The position numbers and the translations under genes were made by a program. DNA of 64,000 bases from an uncultured Gemmatimonadota bacterium (GTDB lineage: Bacteria > JAAXHH01), in contig OX638340.1 of NCBI GenBank assembly GCA_951812955.1, positions 2,848,001-2,912,000 on the forward strand, read 5' to 3'. Positions 36,448 to 45,299 of this stretch are shown here, in pieces (the first letter of the stretch is position 1; each line of letters begins with the position of its first letter). The notes beneath the pieces were generated by a model, which worked only from the letters and a program-made list of their open reading frames with translations, was not told where the DNA came from and did not search any database.

Positions 36448-37430
36448 GGCGCTTCCCGGTACGCGTGTCGGGCGGCCGTCCCGCGATCGGGCCACGGTGC
36501 GGCGGCGGCTTCCTGCTCCGCTTCGTCCACCTCGGATTTTATGTCGGATTCCATGCGATCCAGGTCGGATTCCGTCATCGTTTCATCGGACAGGATGCGG
36601 CTTCGAAACATCTTGATGGGGTCCTTCTCCCGCCATGCCGCGACTTCCTCCTCGGTGCGATACACACCGGTGAGACCCATGCCCTCGGCGTGGGGCCGCG
36701 TGCGGTAGGTCCTGGCCTCGATGAGGGTCGGACCTCCGCCGTCCCTGGCGCGTCGAATGGCCCGGGAGGCCGCCTCGTGCACGGCCAGCACGTCGTTGCC
36801 GTCCACTGTCACACCCGGGATACCGTAGTTTTCCGCGCGCGGTGCGACCTCAGGATTCCTGGACGCGTGGGAAAAGGGAACCTCGGTCGCGTAAAGGTTG
36901 TTCTCGCAGACGAACAGCGCGGGCAGATCGTAGATGGCGGCCAGGTTGAGGCCTTCGTGAAAGGCGCCGTTCCCCACGGCCCCGTCGCCGAAGAAGGCGA
37001 CCCCGACACTGCCGTTCCCCAGTAACTTGGCGCTGTACCCGGCGCCGGCGGCCTGCAGGATGCAGGGACCTACGATGCCGCTGGTCCCCATGAGGCCGAT
37101 CTCCGGGGCGAAAAGATGCATGCTCCCGCCACGGCCATGGGATACGCCAGTTTCCCGGCCATACAACTCCGCGATGAGCGCGACGGGGGAGACCCCTTTG
37201 GCCAGCGCGTGGCCGTGGCCCCGGTGGGTGCTGAAGACCGCGTCATCCTCGGATAGCGAGGCGCAAACCCCGGCGGCGACGGCTTCCTCGCCGACATAGG
37301 TATGGCACGCGCCATGAATGAGTCCCGCCATGAAAGACCGCGCCAGCCGTTCTTCCACGGTCCGTATCGTGAACATGGTCCGGTACAGCCATCGGTGAAG
37401 CTCGAATCGCTCCCCTGCATCGCTTTGCAT
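36444..37430 (-). CDS. 2-oxoacid dehydrogenase E1 component alpha subunit (TPP-binding; acetoin/pyruvate/branched-chain type)
   Basis: TPP motif GDGAVGNGAFHEGLNLAA...NN and HRGHGH; 328 aa. Confidence 0.9.
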   Translation of the reverse strand: MQSDAGERFELHRWLYRTMFTIRTVEERLARSFMAGLIHGACHTYVGEEAVAAGVCASLSEDDAVFSTHRGHGHALAKGVSPVALIAELYGRETGVSHGRGGSMHLFAPEIGLMGTSGIVGPCILQAAGAGYSAKLLGNGSVGVAFFGDGAVGNGAFHEGLNLAAIYDLPALFVCENNLYATEVPFSHASRNPEVAPRAENYGIPGVTVDGNDVLAVHEAASRAIRRARDGGGPTLIEARTYRTRPHAEGMGLTGVYRTEEEVAAWREKDPIKMFRSRILSDETMTESDLDRMESDIKSEVDEAEQEAAAAPWPDRGTAARHAYREAP

Positions 37431-37584
37431 AACCTGCTCCGGCTAAAAAACTTGCCTGTTGTACAGGCGCCTTTAAATTGGGTCGAGAGTATTCCAAAAT
37501 ACAGACAGATCTTCATAGCTGGCAAGGGTGATTTTCCCAAACCAGGAAGGCGTGTCCCGGCTCGGTGCTGAAGGGAGATTTATC

Positions 37585-38370
37585 ATGTCTGCGGCACAAT
37601 CGGAAGCCCATCGTGGACTGACCATCGAAGCGGTCGGAGCGTTCCAGGACCAGGGGTTCCTGGTAGCCGGAAAATTGCTAGAGGACGATCACGTGGAAGT
37701 ACTGCGTGCGGAGTACGACCGCTTATTCGAAACGGCGCGTGAGAGCGGCCGTTACCGCAACCTTTCCATCGACGATACGGAAGACAAGAACCGGAAGAAC
37801 AGAGCCCGGACGCAGATGCTTCAGATCATGCAGATGTGCGAACGCAGCATCGAGTTCAGAAGACTGTTGTATCATGAACCCATCCTGGACATCGTCGAAT
37901 CACTGCTGGGACCCAATATCCAACTTTTCCACGACCAGGCGCTATACAAGCCGCCTCGTCAGGGCGGTCCCGTCTTCTGGCACCAGGACAACGGTTACTG
38001 GCAGTGCTCGCCAGCCAATCTGGTCAGCTGCTGGCTCACGCTGGATGACGTGGACGTGTCGAACGGGGCCATGCACCTGATTCCCGGGTCGCACCGGCAC
38101 CTGGTCTCCCATGAACGATCGGCCGAAACCAGCGCCCTGCTCGACCTCGGCGACCAGGCGGCTACGCAAAAGGCGACCGTGGTCGACCTGCCCGCGGGCG
38201 GCGCCATGTTCCACCACTGCCAGACCATGCACCACACCCCGGAAAACGTCACCGACCGGCCGCGCAGGGCTTTCGCCATCCATTACATGACGCCCGGCAC
38301 CAAATCGATCAGGACCGGGGACTACCTGGACGTATCGTTCTCCCGTCCTATGTTGCGGATGAGGGTGTGA
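37585..38370 (+). CDS. PhyH-family Fe(II)/2OG oxygenase
   Basis: FWHQDNGYW (H-x-D) and LIPGSHRH. Start at MSAAQSEAH with GGGAGA upstream. Divergent from the E1 alpha gene. Confidence 0.8.
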   Translation: MSAAQSEAHRGLTIEAVGAFQDQGFLVAGKLLEDDHVEVLRAEYDRLFETARESGRYRNLSIDDTEDKNRKNRARTQMLQIMQMCERSIEFRRLLYHEPILDIVESLLGPNIQLFHDQALYKPPRQGGPVFWHQDNGYWQCSPANLVSCWLTLDDVDVSNGAMHLIPGSHRHLVSHERSAETSALLDLGDQAATQKATVVDLPAGGAMFHHCQTMHHTPENVTDRPRRAFAIHYMTPGTKSIRTGDYLDVSFSRPMLRMRV

Positions 38371-38395
38371 GGAAACGCGTTACAGGGAGATTTTC

Positions 38396-39238
38396 ATGAC
38401 GGAGAAACACCGGTGGGAACCCCTCGCCCCGGACCTGGAATCCATCCTGGCCGCCGAAAGCGATCCGCTCCTGGCCCTTTCGGAGGGCCGTATCCCCGCG
38501 ATCATATGCCGGCAGGCCTATGCGCCCGCTCACTGCCAGGCGTTGATCAAGCGGTTCATCGATCGCGGGCTGATGCGGGACCCCGACGATCCGGAGGCCG
38601 CGGCAACAGATAACCGCACGAGGATAGACATCGGGACCAGCCTGGCGAACCGGGGTTCGGACAAAGAGGCTTTTCTTAATCACGCAGTCGGCACGCGCCT
38701 TCTGTACGAGACCCTGTTCGATGGCTATGACGATCCGGTGAAGCTGCTGTACGGGGTGCTGGACACGCTCGCGGGCGAAAAGCGCGCTATGACCGCGCGG
38801 GAGCCGGACGGCCGCAAGTATGGTCCGGCCATCTTCCGAATCCACTACGGCGGACATACCTACAAACCCCACATCGACCACGTCACGCTCCGCGAGAAGC
38901 GGTTCGACTACGACGTGACCCGGTTCGGCCACCAGTTCGCCGGGGTCCTCTGCTTCCAGAATGCACTGCACGAGGGACGCAGCACCCAGGCCATCCTGCA
39001 CCGGTGCATGTGGACGCCCGAGGTGGAGGAATCCATCGAGACCGATACCTTCCCCGACTACGCCCGGCGCAACGGCGTCAGCAGCTACACGGTCGACCTC
39101 GAGCAGGGTGACCTCTACTTCTTCAACACCCGCCTCATCCACGAGGTGCCGGCCGTGGAGGGCGATCAGCCGCGCATCGTCCTCGCCACTTTCATCGGCT
39201 ATTCCCCCGACGACCCTGAAGTCTACGTCTGGTCGTGA
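38396..39238 (+). CDS. putative Fe(II)/2OG-dependent oxygenase of an unassigned family
   Basis: KPHIDH (H-x-D) and a later TRLIHEV His in a predicted cupin-like context. No confident family assignment from sequence alone. Confidence 0.4.
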   Translation: MTEKHRWEPLAPDLESILAAESDPLLALSEGRIPAIICRQAYAPAHCQALIKRFIDRGLMRDPDDPEAAATDNRTRIDIGTSLANRGSDKEAFLNHAVGTRLLYETLFDGYDDPVKLLYGVLDTLAGEKRAMTAREPDGRKYGPAIFRIHYGGHTYKPHIDHVTLREKRFDYDVTRFGHQFAGVLCFQNALHEGRSTQAILHRCMWTPEVEESIETDTFPDYARRNGVSSYTVDLEQGDLYFFNTRLIHEVPAVEGDQPRIVLATFIGYSPDDPEVYVWS

Positions 39239-39240
39239 AC

Positions 39241-39804
39241 CTACAGCCTGCTATCCCACAGCGGCTCGTCCACCCCCCGTTCCTTGTTTTCGTATCGTGA
39301 CATGACGAAGAGCAGGTCGGACAGCCGGTTCAGGTAGGCCAGTACGAATCCGCCGATCGCCTCTTCGCGGGACAGGGCCGAAACCTCCCGTTCCGCCCGC
39401 CGGCAGACGGTACGCGCCAGGTGGAGGAACGCAGCCCCCGGAGATCCGCCGGGCAGGATGAAGTTCTCCAGCGGTCCGACGACGGGATTCAGTTCATCGA
39501 TAATCACTTCGAGATGCTTGACGTGGCGAGCTTCGATCAGCGGTATCTGGTACTTCGCTTTGTCCTCCTCGGTGAAGCACAGGTCTGATCCGAGGTGAAA
39601 GAGCTCGTTCTGGATGACGGGCAGCACTTCTGCGAGTCGCGTAGCCAATCCGTGGGCGAGGGCGATGCCGATGACGGAATTTAGTTCGTCCACGGTGCCG
39701 TAGCTCGCCACCCGGGGCGAATCCTTGGGTACGCGCTGCCGGCTGCCGAGCGCGGTCGTACCGTCGTCGCCTTTGCGGGTGTATATCTTCGTCAACCTGG
39801 GCAT
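39241..39804 (-). CDS. pduO: ATP:cob(I)alamin adenosyltransferase, PduO/MMAB type
   Basis: [17 protein letters not shown]...[15 protein letters not shown] is the canonical PduO-type N-terminus. AAGGAGG lies 4 nt upstream of the internal ATG; the track ORF's 33 upstream codons were discarded. Confidence 0.85.
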   Translation of the reverse strand: MPRLTKIYTRKGDDGTTALGSRQRVPKDSPRVASYGTVDELNSVIGIALAHGLATRLAEVLPVIQNELFHLGSDLCFTEEDKAKYQIPLIEARHVKHLEVIIDELNPVVGPLENFILPGGSPGAAFLHLARTVCRRAEREVSALSREEAIGGFVLAYLNRLSDLLFVMSRYENKERGVDEPLWDSRL

Positions 39805-39856
39805 GAGACCTCCTTGATTCAGATGCGGCGTTTTCGATTGACGCGCCGCCGCCGGT

Positions 39857-40873
39857 TCAGACCCGGCGTTGCCGGTGCAGCAGGTACAGGAAAAATGGCG
39901 CACCGAGTAACGTAGTCAGTATCCCAATGGGCAATTCGGCCGGCGCCATGGCCGTCCGGGCGACCAGGTCGGCCAGGACCAGCAACAGCGCGCCTGCCAG
40001 CGCGGCCATGGGCGTCAGGATGCGGTAGTCGGGTCCCACGATCAGCCGGACCATGTGCGGCGCCAGGAGCCCGACGAAACCGATGATGCCACTCACCGAA
40101 ACCGCGGCCGCGGCGAGGCCGGCCGCCGCCGCCAGCAGAACCAGTTTGACCCGTTCGACGTGCACGCCCAGCTGGGACGCCTGTTCGTCCCCCAGGAGCA
40201 GTACGTTCAGTTCCCGCGCGTACACGAGGACGATGGTCAGCCCCACCGCCGCGTAGGGCAATAGCATCCATACGTGATCCCATCTCCGGGCGGACAGGCT
40301 GCCCATGAGCCAGAAGAGCATCTGGCGCTGGTTCTCGCCGCCCATCACGAGCATGTAGGACGTGAAGGAGGTCGCCATGGCGCCGATGGCGATGCCCGTG
40401 AGGAGCAGGGTGGTCGACGCGACGCGGCCACCACGACGCGAGAAAGCGTATACCGCCATGGTTACGGCGAGGGCGCACATGAAAGCCAGAACGGATACCG
40501 CGTTCAGCCCGAACATCCAGAATTCCAGTTCCAGGGCGACCGCGGTCGTGGCGCCGAGTGCGGCGCCGGCCGATATGCCCATGATGTAGGGATCGGCCAT
40601 GGGATTCTGGAAGAAGCCCTGCATCACCCCGCCCGAACTGGCCAGGGCGGCCCCGACCAGCACGGCGAGGAGCGTTCTCGGCAGCCGGATCTCCCATACG
40701 ATCGTATTGGTCGCGGAATGTGCCGTCTCGATCACCCCGCCCGGCCAAAGGTTATCCGCCAGTACCTGCAGCACGGTTCCGGCCGGGATATACACCGCGC
40801 CTACGCCCATGGAAAGCACACAGGCGGCGAAGAGGATCGCGGCGGTCAATGCCAGGACAATGGATCTGTTCAT
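39857..40873 (-). CDS. FecCD-family ABC permease (vitamin B12/iron-siderophore type, BtuC-like)
   Basis: 338 aa, 9-10 TM helices and the conserved FecCD block ([19 protein letters not shown]...[11 protein letters not shown]). Confidence 0.85.
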   Translation of the reverse strand: MNRSIVLALTAAILFAACVLSMGVGAVYIPAGTVLQVLADNLWPGGVIETAHSATNTIVWEIRLPRTLLAVLVGAALASSGGVMQGFFQNPMADPYIMGISAGAALGATTAVALELEFWMFGLNAVSVLAFMCALAVTMAVYAFSRRGGRVASTTLLLTGIAIGAMATSFTSYMLVMGGENQRQMLFWLMGSLSARRWDHVWMLLPYAAVGLTIVLVYARELNVLLLGDEQASQLGVHVERVKLVLLAAAAGLAAAAVSVSGIIGFVGLLAPHMVRLIVGPDYRILTPMAALAGALLLVLADLVARTAMAPAELPIGILTTLLGAPFFLYLLHRQRRV

Positions 40874-40888
40874 CGCCTCTCCAGTCCG

Positions 40889-41674
40889 TCAGTCGCCCGG
40901 CTTCAGGATGATCTGGGGCGAACCCGAATAGGGGCTTTTTATGACGGTCACGTCGGTCTCGAAGACCGCTTTGATGTGCCCGTGGGTGAGGATGTCCTCC
41001 GGCGGCCCGTCGGCGTAGGTGCGTCCGTCTTTCAGCATGAGGAGCCGGTGGCAGTATTCCGAAGACAGGTTCAGGTCGTGGGACACGCACAGGACCGCGA
41101 GTCCGTCGCTTGCGCATACGTGGCGCAGCAGATCGAAAACCTCTACCTGGTGGTTCAGATCCAGGAAGGAGGTCGGTTCGTCCAGCAACAGGATCGAGGG
41201 CTGTTGCGCCAGCGCCCGGGCGATGATAACCCGCTGCCTTTCTCCACCGGACAGTTCGTGGATAGGCCGGTCCCGGAACAGGAAGCAGTCGGTCCGGCGC
41301 ATGGCTTCGAGGGCGATTTCCCGGTCTTCCGGACCTTCTTTTCGGAAGCGCTTCAGGTGCGGCGTCCTCCCCATCATGACGAGTTCGAGCGACGAGAAGG
41401 CAAAAGTCGCGGGCGTCAGCTGGGGGATGACGGCGATCTGCCGGGCGATTTCGCGGACGGTGTAAAGTTGAAGCGGCCTGCCATACAGCTCGATTTGTCC
41501 ATGGCTCAGTGGTAGAATGCGCGTGAGCGCCCGGATCAGCGTGCTCTTGCCGGAGCCGTTCGGTCCGATCACGCCCAGCATCTCGCCCTGGTGCAGGTCG
41601 AAGGTCAGGCCTTCCAGTACCGGGCGCCGATCGTACCCGCAGGACAGGTTCTCGACTTTAATGGCCGTATCCAA
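40889..41674 (-). CDS. ABC transporter ATP-binding protein (BtuD/FecE-like)
   Basis: Walker A GPNGSGKST, signature LSGGERQRV, Walker B ILLLDEPTS. First gene downstream of the cobalamin riboswitch. Confidence 0.85.
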   Translation of the reverse strand: MDTAIKVENLSCGYDRRPVLEGLTFDLHQGEMLGVIGPNGSGKSTLIRALTRILPLSHGQIELYGRPLQLYTVREIARQIAVIPQLTPATFAFSSLELVMMGRTPHLKRFRKEGPEDREIALEAMRRTDCFLFRDRPIHELSGGERQRVIIARALAQQPSILLLDEPTSFLDLNHQVEVFDLLRHVCASDGLAVLCVSHDLNLSSEYCHRLLMLKDGRTYADGPPEDILTHGHIKAVFETDVTVIKSPYSGSPQIILKPGD

Positions 41675-41699
41675 GCTGTATCACCCCGAGATTTGGCAC

Positions 41700-41980
41700 A
41701 AAAAAACCAGCCGCTCCATGTTGGAAGGGCTGGGTCGGGACGGCAGGCATGCGCATCCGGGCTCGGCCTCTCTGCTCACGGAGAAGCGTTCGCACAGCCT
41801 GCAGGCAGGTCTCCTGACTGACGGATCGTCCTACTCCTCAAGTCTTCCCGCCGGCCATTTGGCTTAGCCTAACCGGCAGTGACGAGTTTGAGTTTCGTCC
41901 CCGAACACAGTGGCGGGACCGTGATGGATTCGCACCATCTTCCCTTTTCAGCGTTCTAGCTAACCGCCACCTGCGGCTGT
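41700..41980 (-). promoter_or_regulatory. cobalamin (AdoCbl) riboswitch in the 5' leader of the btuCD-like/pduO operon
   Basis: The minus strand reads GGTGGCGGTTAGCTAGAACGCTGAAAAGGGAAGATGGTGCGAATCCATCACGGTCCCGCCACTGTGTTCGGGGACGAAAC. This carries the conserved GGGAAG...GGTG..AATCC...CGGTCCCGCCACTGT core with the B12 box GCCACTG. It sits immediately 5' of the first transporter gene. Confidence 0.8.
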
Positions 41981-42078
41981 ATTCGATTGTCCTTTCAATT
42001 TACAGGATAGCGGAAATACCGCAATGCAAATTCTCCTTCGGACCTCGAGTCGTACGATGTATGAGGATAGAACGATAG

Positions 42079-42107
42079 TTGAATTGCACGGCTGGAACGG
42101 TTATAAT
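42079..42107 (+). promoter_or_regulatory. sigma70-like promoter (TTGAAT-N17-TATAAT) upstream of the CbiZ-like gene
   Basis: Read directly from the sequence: TTGAAT at 42079-42084, a 17-nt spacer, TATAAT at 42102-42107, about 60 nt upstream of the ATG at 42168. Confidence 0.5.
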
Positions 42108-42167
42108 CTAACCTTACACGAATGGTTGGCGGCAATGATCGTCGAGTTATGATCCACGCGTCCAGAG

Positions 42168-43298
42168 TTGAAGATGAAAGCGTTACTTGATCGCCACGAG
42201 CATTACGTGCTTGAAAGAGATGGCCGTTTTCTCGTCGCGGCATTGCAGTCGCCCCACCAGGTGCTGAGTACCTCGGTCTGCGGCGGCGGAATGACCGACC
42301 GGGTCCGGTTTATCGTGAATCACCAGAGCTGCGAGGGCCAGGGCCACGGTGATCGGTTCGAATGGATGAATGAACTCGGCGAGCCCGGATACCATCGGCA
42401 CGTATGCAATGAACTCGGACTGGAACCCGAGGCCGTCGCGATGATGGGCACGGCCGCCAACATGAACTATGCCGCCCGGATCGTGGAGACCTTTGCGGAA
42501 TTGCGCGTATGCGCCGTCGTTACCGCCGGAGTCGAGGGCAACGCCGGCTGCGCGGGCGATCCCGCGAACTGGCATGAGACCGAATCCGGCCAGATGGAAA
42601 GACACCCCCACGACGGTACGATAAACACGATGCTGCTCATCAACTGGCCGCTTACGCCCGGCGCCATGGCGCGAGCGGCCGTCACCATGACCGAAGGCAA
42701 ATCGGCCGCCCTCCAGGAGCTTGCCGTTTCAAGCCTGTACTCCCAGGACCTGGCGACCGGGACGGGCACGGACCAGTACTGTATCGCCGCTCCGATGGAC
42801 GAAGCGAAACGGCCCAAGGCCCGGGCGGGACATCACGCAAAACTGGGCGAACTGATCGGCAGGTCCGTCCGCAGGGCGACCCTGGAAGCGCTTCGGTGGC
42901 AGAACGGACTGGAGGCGTCGAGCACCCGGAGCCTGTATCATGCGCTGAAACGGTACGGAATCAAGGCGGACCTGTTTCTGTCCGCCATGGAAAGCCGCCT
43001 GGAAGCGGACGAGTTAGCCTTTTTTGACAAAAACATCCGATCGGTCATCCACGATCCGGGCGTTTCGGCCGCCGCCTACGCCTTCGCGGCAGTATGGGAC
43101 CGACTCAGGCACGGAACGCTCTCCCCAACGCTGGCCGCACCGTTATTGCGACAGCAGGCCGCGGTGCTGGCGTCCTCGCTGGCTGCGAAACCCGAAACCT
43201 GGCCGACCTGTTACGAACAACTCGTCGTCCATGAAGACGCATTGCTGGATACCGTCTACGACGCGATAGCATTGGGATGGCGTCTCAAATGGACCTGA
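42168..43298 (+). CDS. adenosylcobinamide amidohydrolase CbiZ-like protein with a C-terminal Ala-rich extension
   Basis: N-terminal approx 250 aa resemble the CbiZ family. Context fits: B12 riboswitch, btuCD-like, pduO, and cbiB overlapping downstream. The C-terminal approx 120 aa have no recognisable domain. Family call is from recall and context, so moderate confidence. Confidence 0.5.
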   Translation: MKMKALLDRHEHYVLERDGRFLVAALQSPHQVLSTSVCGGGMTDRVRFIVNHQSCEGQGHGDRFEWMNELGEPGYHRHVCNELGLEPEAVAMMGTAANMNYAARIVETFAELRVCAVVTAGVEGNAGCAGDPANWHETESGQMERHPHDGTINTMLLINWPLTPGAMARAAVTMTEGKSAALQELAVSSLYSQDLATGTGTDQYCIAAPMDEAKRPKARAGHHAKLGELIGRSVRRATLEALRWQNGLEASSTRSLYHALKRYGIKADLFLSAMESRLEADELAFFDKNIRSVIHDPGVSAAAYAFAAVWDRLRHGTLSPTLAAPLLRQQAAVLASSLAAKPETWPTCYEQLVVHEDALLDTVYDAIALGWRLKWT

Positions 43299-44254
43299 CG
43301 GTACTCGCACCGGATCCCGTGCTGATAATTTGCGCGGTCGTGCTCGACGGCATCCTGGGCGATCCGGTTTACCGGTGGCATCCGGTACGCCTCATGGGCC
43401 ATACGCTCACCGTGCTGGAGCGCGTGCTCCGGCGGATAGGACTGGATGGGTACGCCGGCGGATGCATGCTGTTCCTGGTGCTCTCCGTGTTCTGGGTAGG
43501 CGTCAGCGCGGCATTGGCCCTCGGATTACACGATCAGCATCCCGCCCTGAACGGGATCTACCAGATTTTCGTGATTTACAGCATGGTGGCGCTCAGGGAC
43601 CTCTGCCGCCACGGCCTGGCCATCGATCGCGCCGGAGACCTCAAAGGCGCGCGGCGGGCCGTGTCCATGCTGGTCGGTCGGGATACCTCCACCATGGACG
43701 CCGCGGCCTGCGGGCGCGCGGGCATGGAAAGCCTGAGCGAGAACGCGGTGGACGGCTTCATTGCGCCACTGTTCTGGTATGCCCTGCTGGGATTGCCGGG
43801 CATCGTGCTTTTCAAGGTGATCAGCACGATGGATTCCATGGTGGGATACCGGACGCCCCGGTATGCGGCCTTCGGCTGGTGCGGCGCGCGGCTGGACGAC
43901 CTGTTCAATCTCATCCCCGCCCGGCTCACCTATCTGCTGATGGCGGTGATCGCGTTTCTTCTGCCTGGATATTCAGGCCGCAAGGCCCTGTTTGTGGGTT
44001 GGCGGCAGCACGCGCAGATTCCGGGTCCGAACTCCGGTTGGAGCGAAGCATCGGCGGCCGGCGCTGTGCAGCGGCGGCTGGTCGGACCGGTCCTGCAGGA
44101 CGGGGAGCTGGTTACCGAGGTCTGGATCGGCGACGCAGGCGACCCGGAAGGCGGCCAGGCCGGCGATCTGCGCCGCATGTGCCTGTTCGTGGTGGTTACC
44201 TGTTCGCTGACCACCGCACTCGCTGTTCTGGTCCTGGTCGTGCTGGCGAATTAA
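43277..44254 (+). CDS. cbiB: adenosylcobinamide-phosphate synthase CbiB/CobD
   Basis: HPVRLMGH...LVGRDTS...GYRTPRYAAFGW, the conserved CobD/CbiB membrane-protein blocks. Overlaps the CbiZ-like stop by 22 bp. Confidence 0.85.
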   Translation: MASQMDLTVLAPDPVLIICAVVLDGILGDPVYRWHPVRLMGHTLTVLERVLRRIGLDGYAGGCMLFLVLSVFWVGVSAALALGLHDQHPALNGIYQIFVIYSMVALRDLCRHGLAIDRAGDLKGARRAVSMLVGRDTSTMDAAACGRAGMESLSENAVDGFIAPLFWYALLGLPGIVLFKVISTMDSMVGYRTPRYAAFGWCGARLDDLFNLIPARLTYLLMAVIAFLLPGYSGRKALFVGWRQHAQIPGPNSGWSEASAAGAVQRRLVGPVLQDGELVTEVWIGDAGDPEGGQAGDLRRMCLFVVVTCSLTTALAVLVLVVLAN

Positions 44255-44288
44255 ACGCCGTGCCAGGAAGTTCGCGGTTTCCGGGCCC

Positions 44289-45299
44289 TTACCTGACCAC
44301 CCCATAGAACCGCGCCAGGAATCTTGCCGGAACAAACAGGGAAAAAAGCAGCCGCAGGAGCCAGGTCAGCAACAGCGTGCGAACCGGCCCACGGCGTTCC
44401 CAGCGCCGTGCGGAAGTAAGCACGGGTTCGTCGATCCAGTCCAGTCCGCCGGCCTTCTTCAGCCGGTCGGCGAATCGGGCGTCTTCAAAGACCGGGATCC
44501 CTGGAAATCCGCCCACTGTCTCGAAGGCCTCCCGGGTGGTATAAATCGCCTGATCGCCGTAGGTAATACCCAGGAAGCGCGAGCGGAAATTGGTTCCCCC
44601 CGCGATCCACCGGTATATCCGGCTTGCATGGGCAATGTCGAAACGAAACCTTCCCCCCGCCTTGCCGCGTCCGAAGATCGATTCAGCTACCAGCTCCCGC
44701 CAACGGTTCGGAAGCCGGGTGTCTGCGTGAAGGAAAAGCAGCACGTCTCCGGACGAGGCCGCGGCACCCTCGTTCATCTGGACCGCACGGCCCGGTTTGC
44801 CCAGCTCGACCAAGCCTACCTCGGAACGTGACCGGACGATTCCCGCCGTTCCGTCGTCGCTTCCGCCGTCCACGACGATAATCTCCAGTCCATCTGAAAC
44901 GTCCGGCAGGCCACTGCGGCCCAGTCCGCCCGATCCGCCCGATTCGCCCAGAGCGCCTCGCAGGCCCGATCCGCTCGATCCGCCCGATTCGCCCATCACG
45001 CCTCGCAGGCCCGATCCGCCCGATCCGCCCGATCCGCCCGATCCGCCCAAACCGCCTGATTCGCCCTGTCCGCAATCGAACTGGTCCAGGCAGTCTCCGA
45101 TGGTCGTGGCTTCGTTGAGCGTGGGGATGATGATGCTGACGCGGAGGGGCTTGGCCAATCGTGCTTTCGCGCGTCTCGAGGTCACGTGATCGGAGGATGC
45201 GTTCCCGCGTCCGGACTTATCGAGCGGCGTCTGAGATGTTGAAGGCGATGCGCGCGACTTACCCGAGGGTTCGTTCCAATGCCCGGATGAAGGCTTCAT
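44289..45299 (-). CDS. family-2 glycosyltransferase with an internal Gly/Ser-rich tandem-repeat insertion
   Basis: LRVSIIIPTLNEA and LEIIVVDGGSDDGT (GT2 Rossmann/DXD region) are separated by approx 50 residues of GESGGSGGSGGSG/LRG repeats encoded by 9- and 45-bp tandem DNA repeats. Start uncertain: M at 45297-45299, or a GTG/TTG closer to LRVSIII. Confidence 0.65.
   Translation of the reverse strand: MKPSSGHWNEPSGKSRASPSTSQTPLDKSGRGNASSDHVTSRRAKARLAKPLRVSIIIPTLNEATTIGDCLDQFDCGQGESGGLGGSGGSGGSGGSGLRGVMGESGGSSGSGLRGALGESGGSGGLGRSGLPDVSDGLEIIVVDGGSDDGTAGIVRSRSEVGLVELGKPGRAVQMNEGAAASSGDVLLFLHADTRLPNRWRELVAESIFGRGKAGGRFRFDIAHASRIYRWIAGGTNFRSRFLGITYGDQAIYTTREAFETVGGFPGIPVFEDARFADRLKKAGGLDWIDEPVLTSARRWERRGPVRTLLLTWLLRLLFSLFVPARFLARFYGVVR
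44915..45070. repeat. in-frame tandem repeats (CCGATCCGC 9-mers nested within two approx 45-bp units) inside the GT2 gene
   Basis: Read directly: cgatccgcccgattcgcccagagcgcctcgcaggcc then cgatccgctcgatccgcccgattcgcccatcacgcctcgcaggcc, followed by (cgatccgcc)x4-5. Confidence 0.8.

Noticed and set aside
37431-37584. Sigma54 (-24/-12) promoter in the E1alpha/PhyH divergent region
   Set aside because: A TGGCA element is present (tagctggcaagggtgatttt), but the GC dinucleotide is not at the required -12 spacing, and no bacterial-enhancer-binding-protein gene is nearby. The match is insufficient.
44915-45070. Possible CRISPR array or mobile-element repeat
   Set aside because: The repeats are 9-bp/45-bp, contiguous with no spacers, and in frame within a GT2 coding sequence. 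No cas genes are present. It is classed as a coding tandem repeat.
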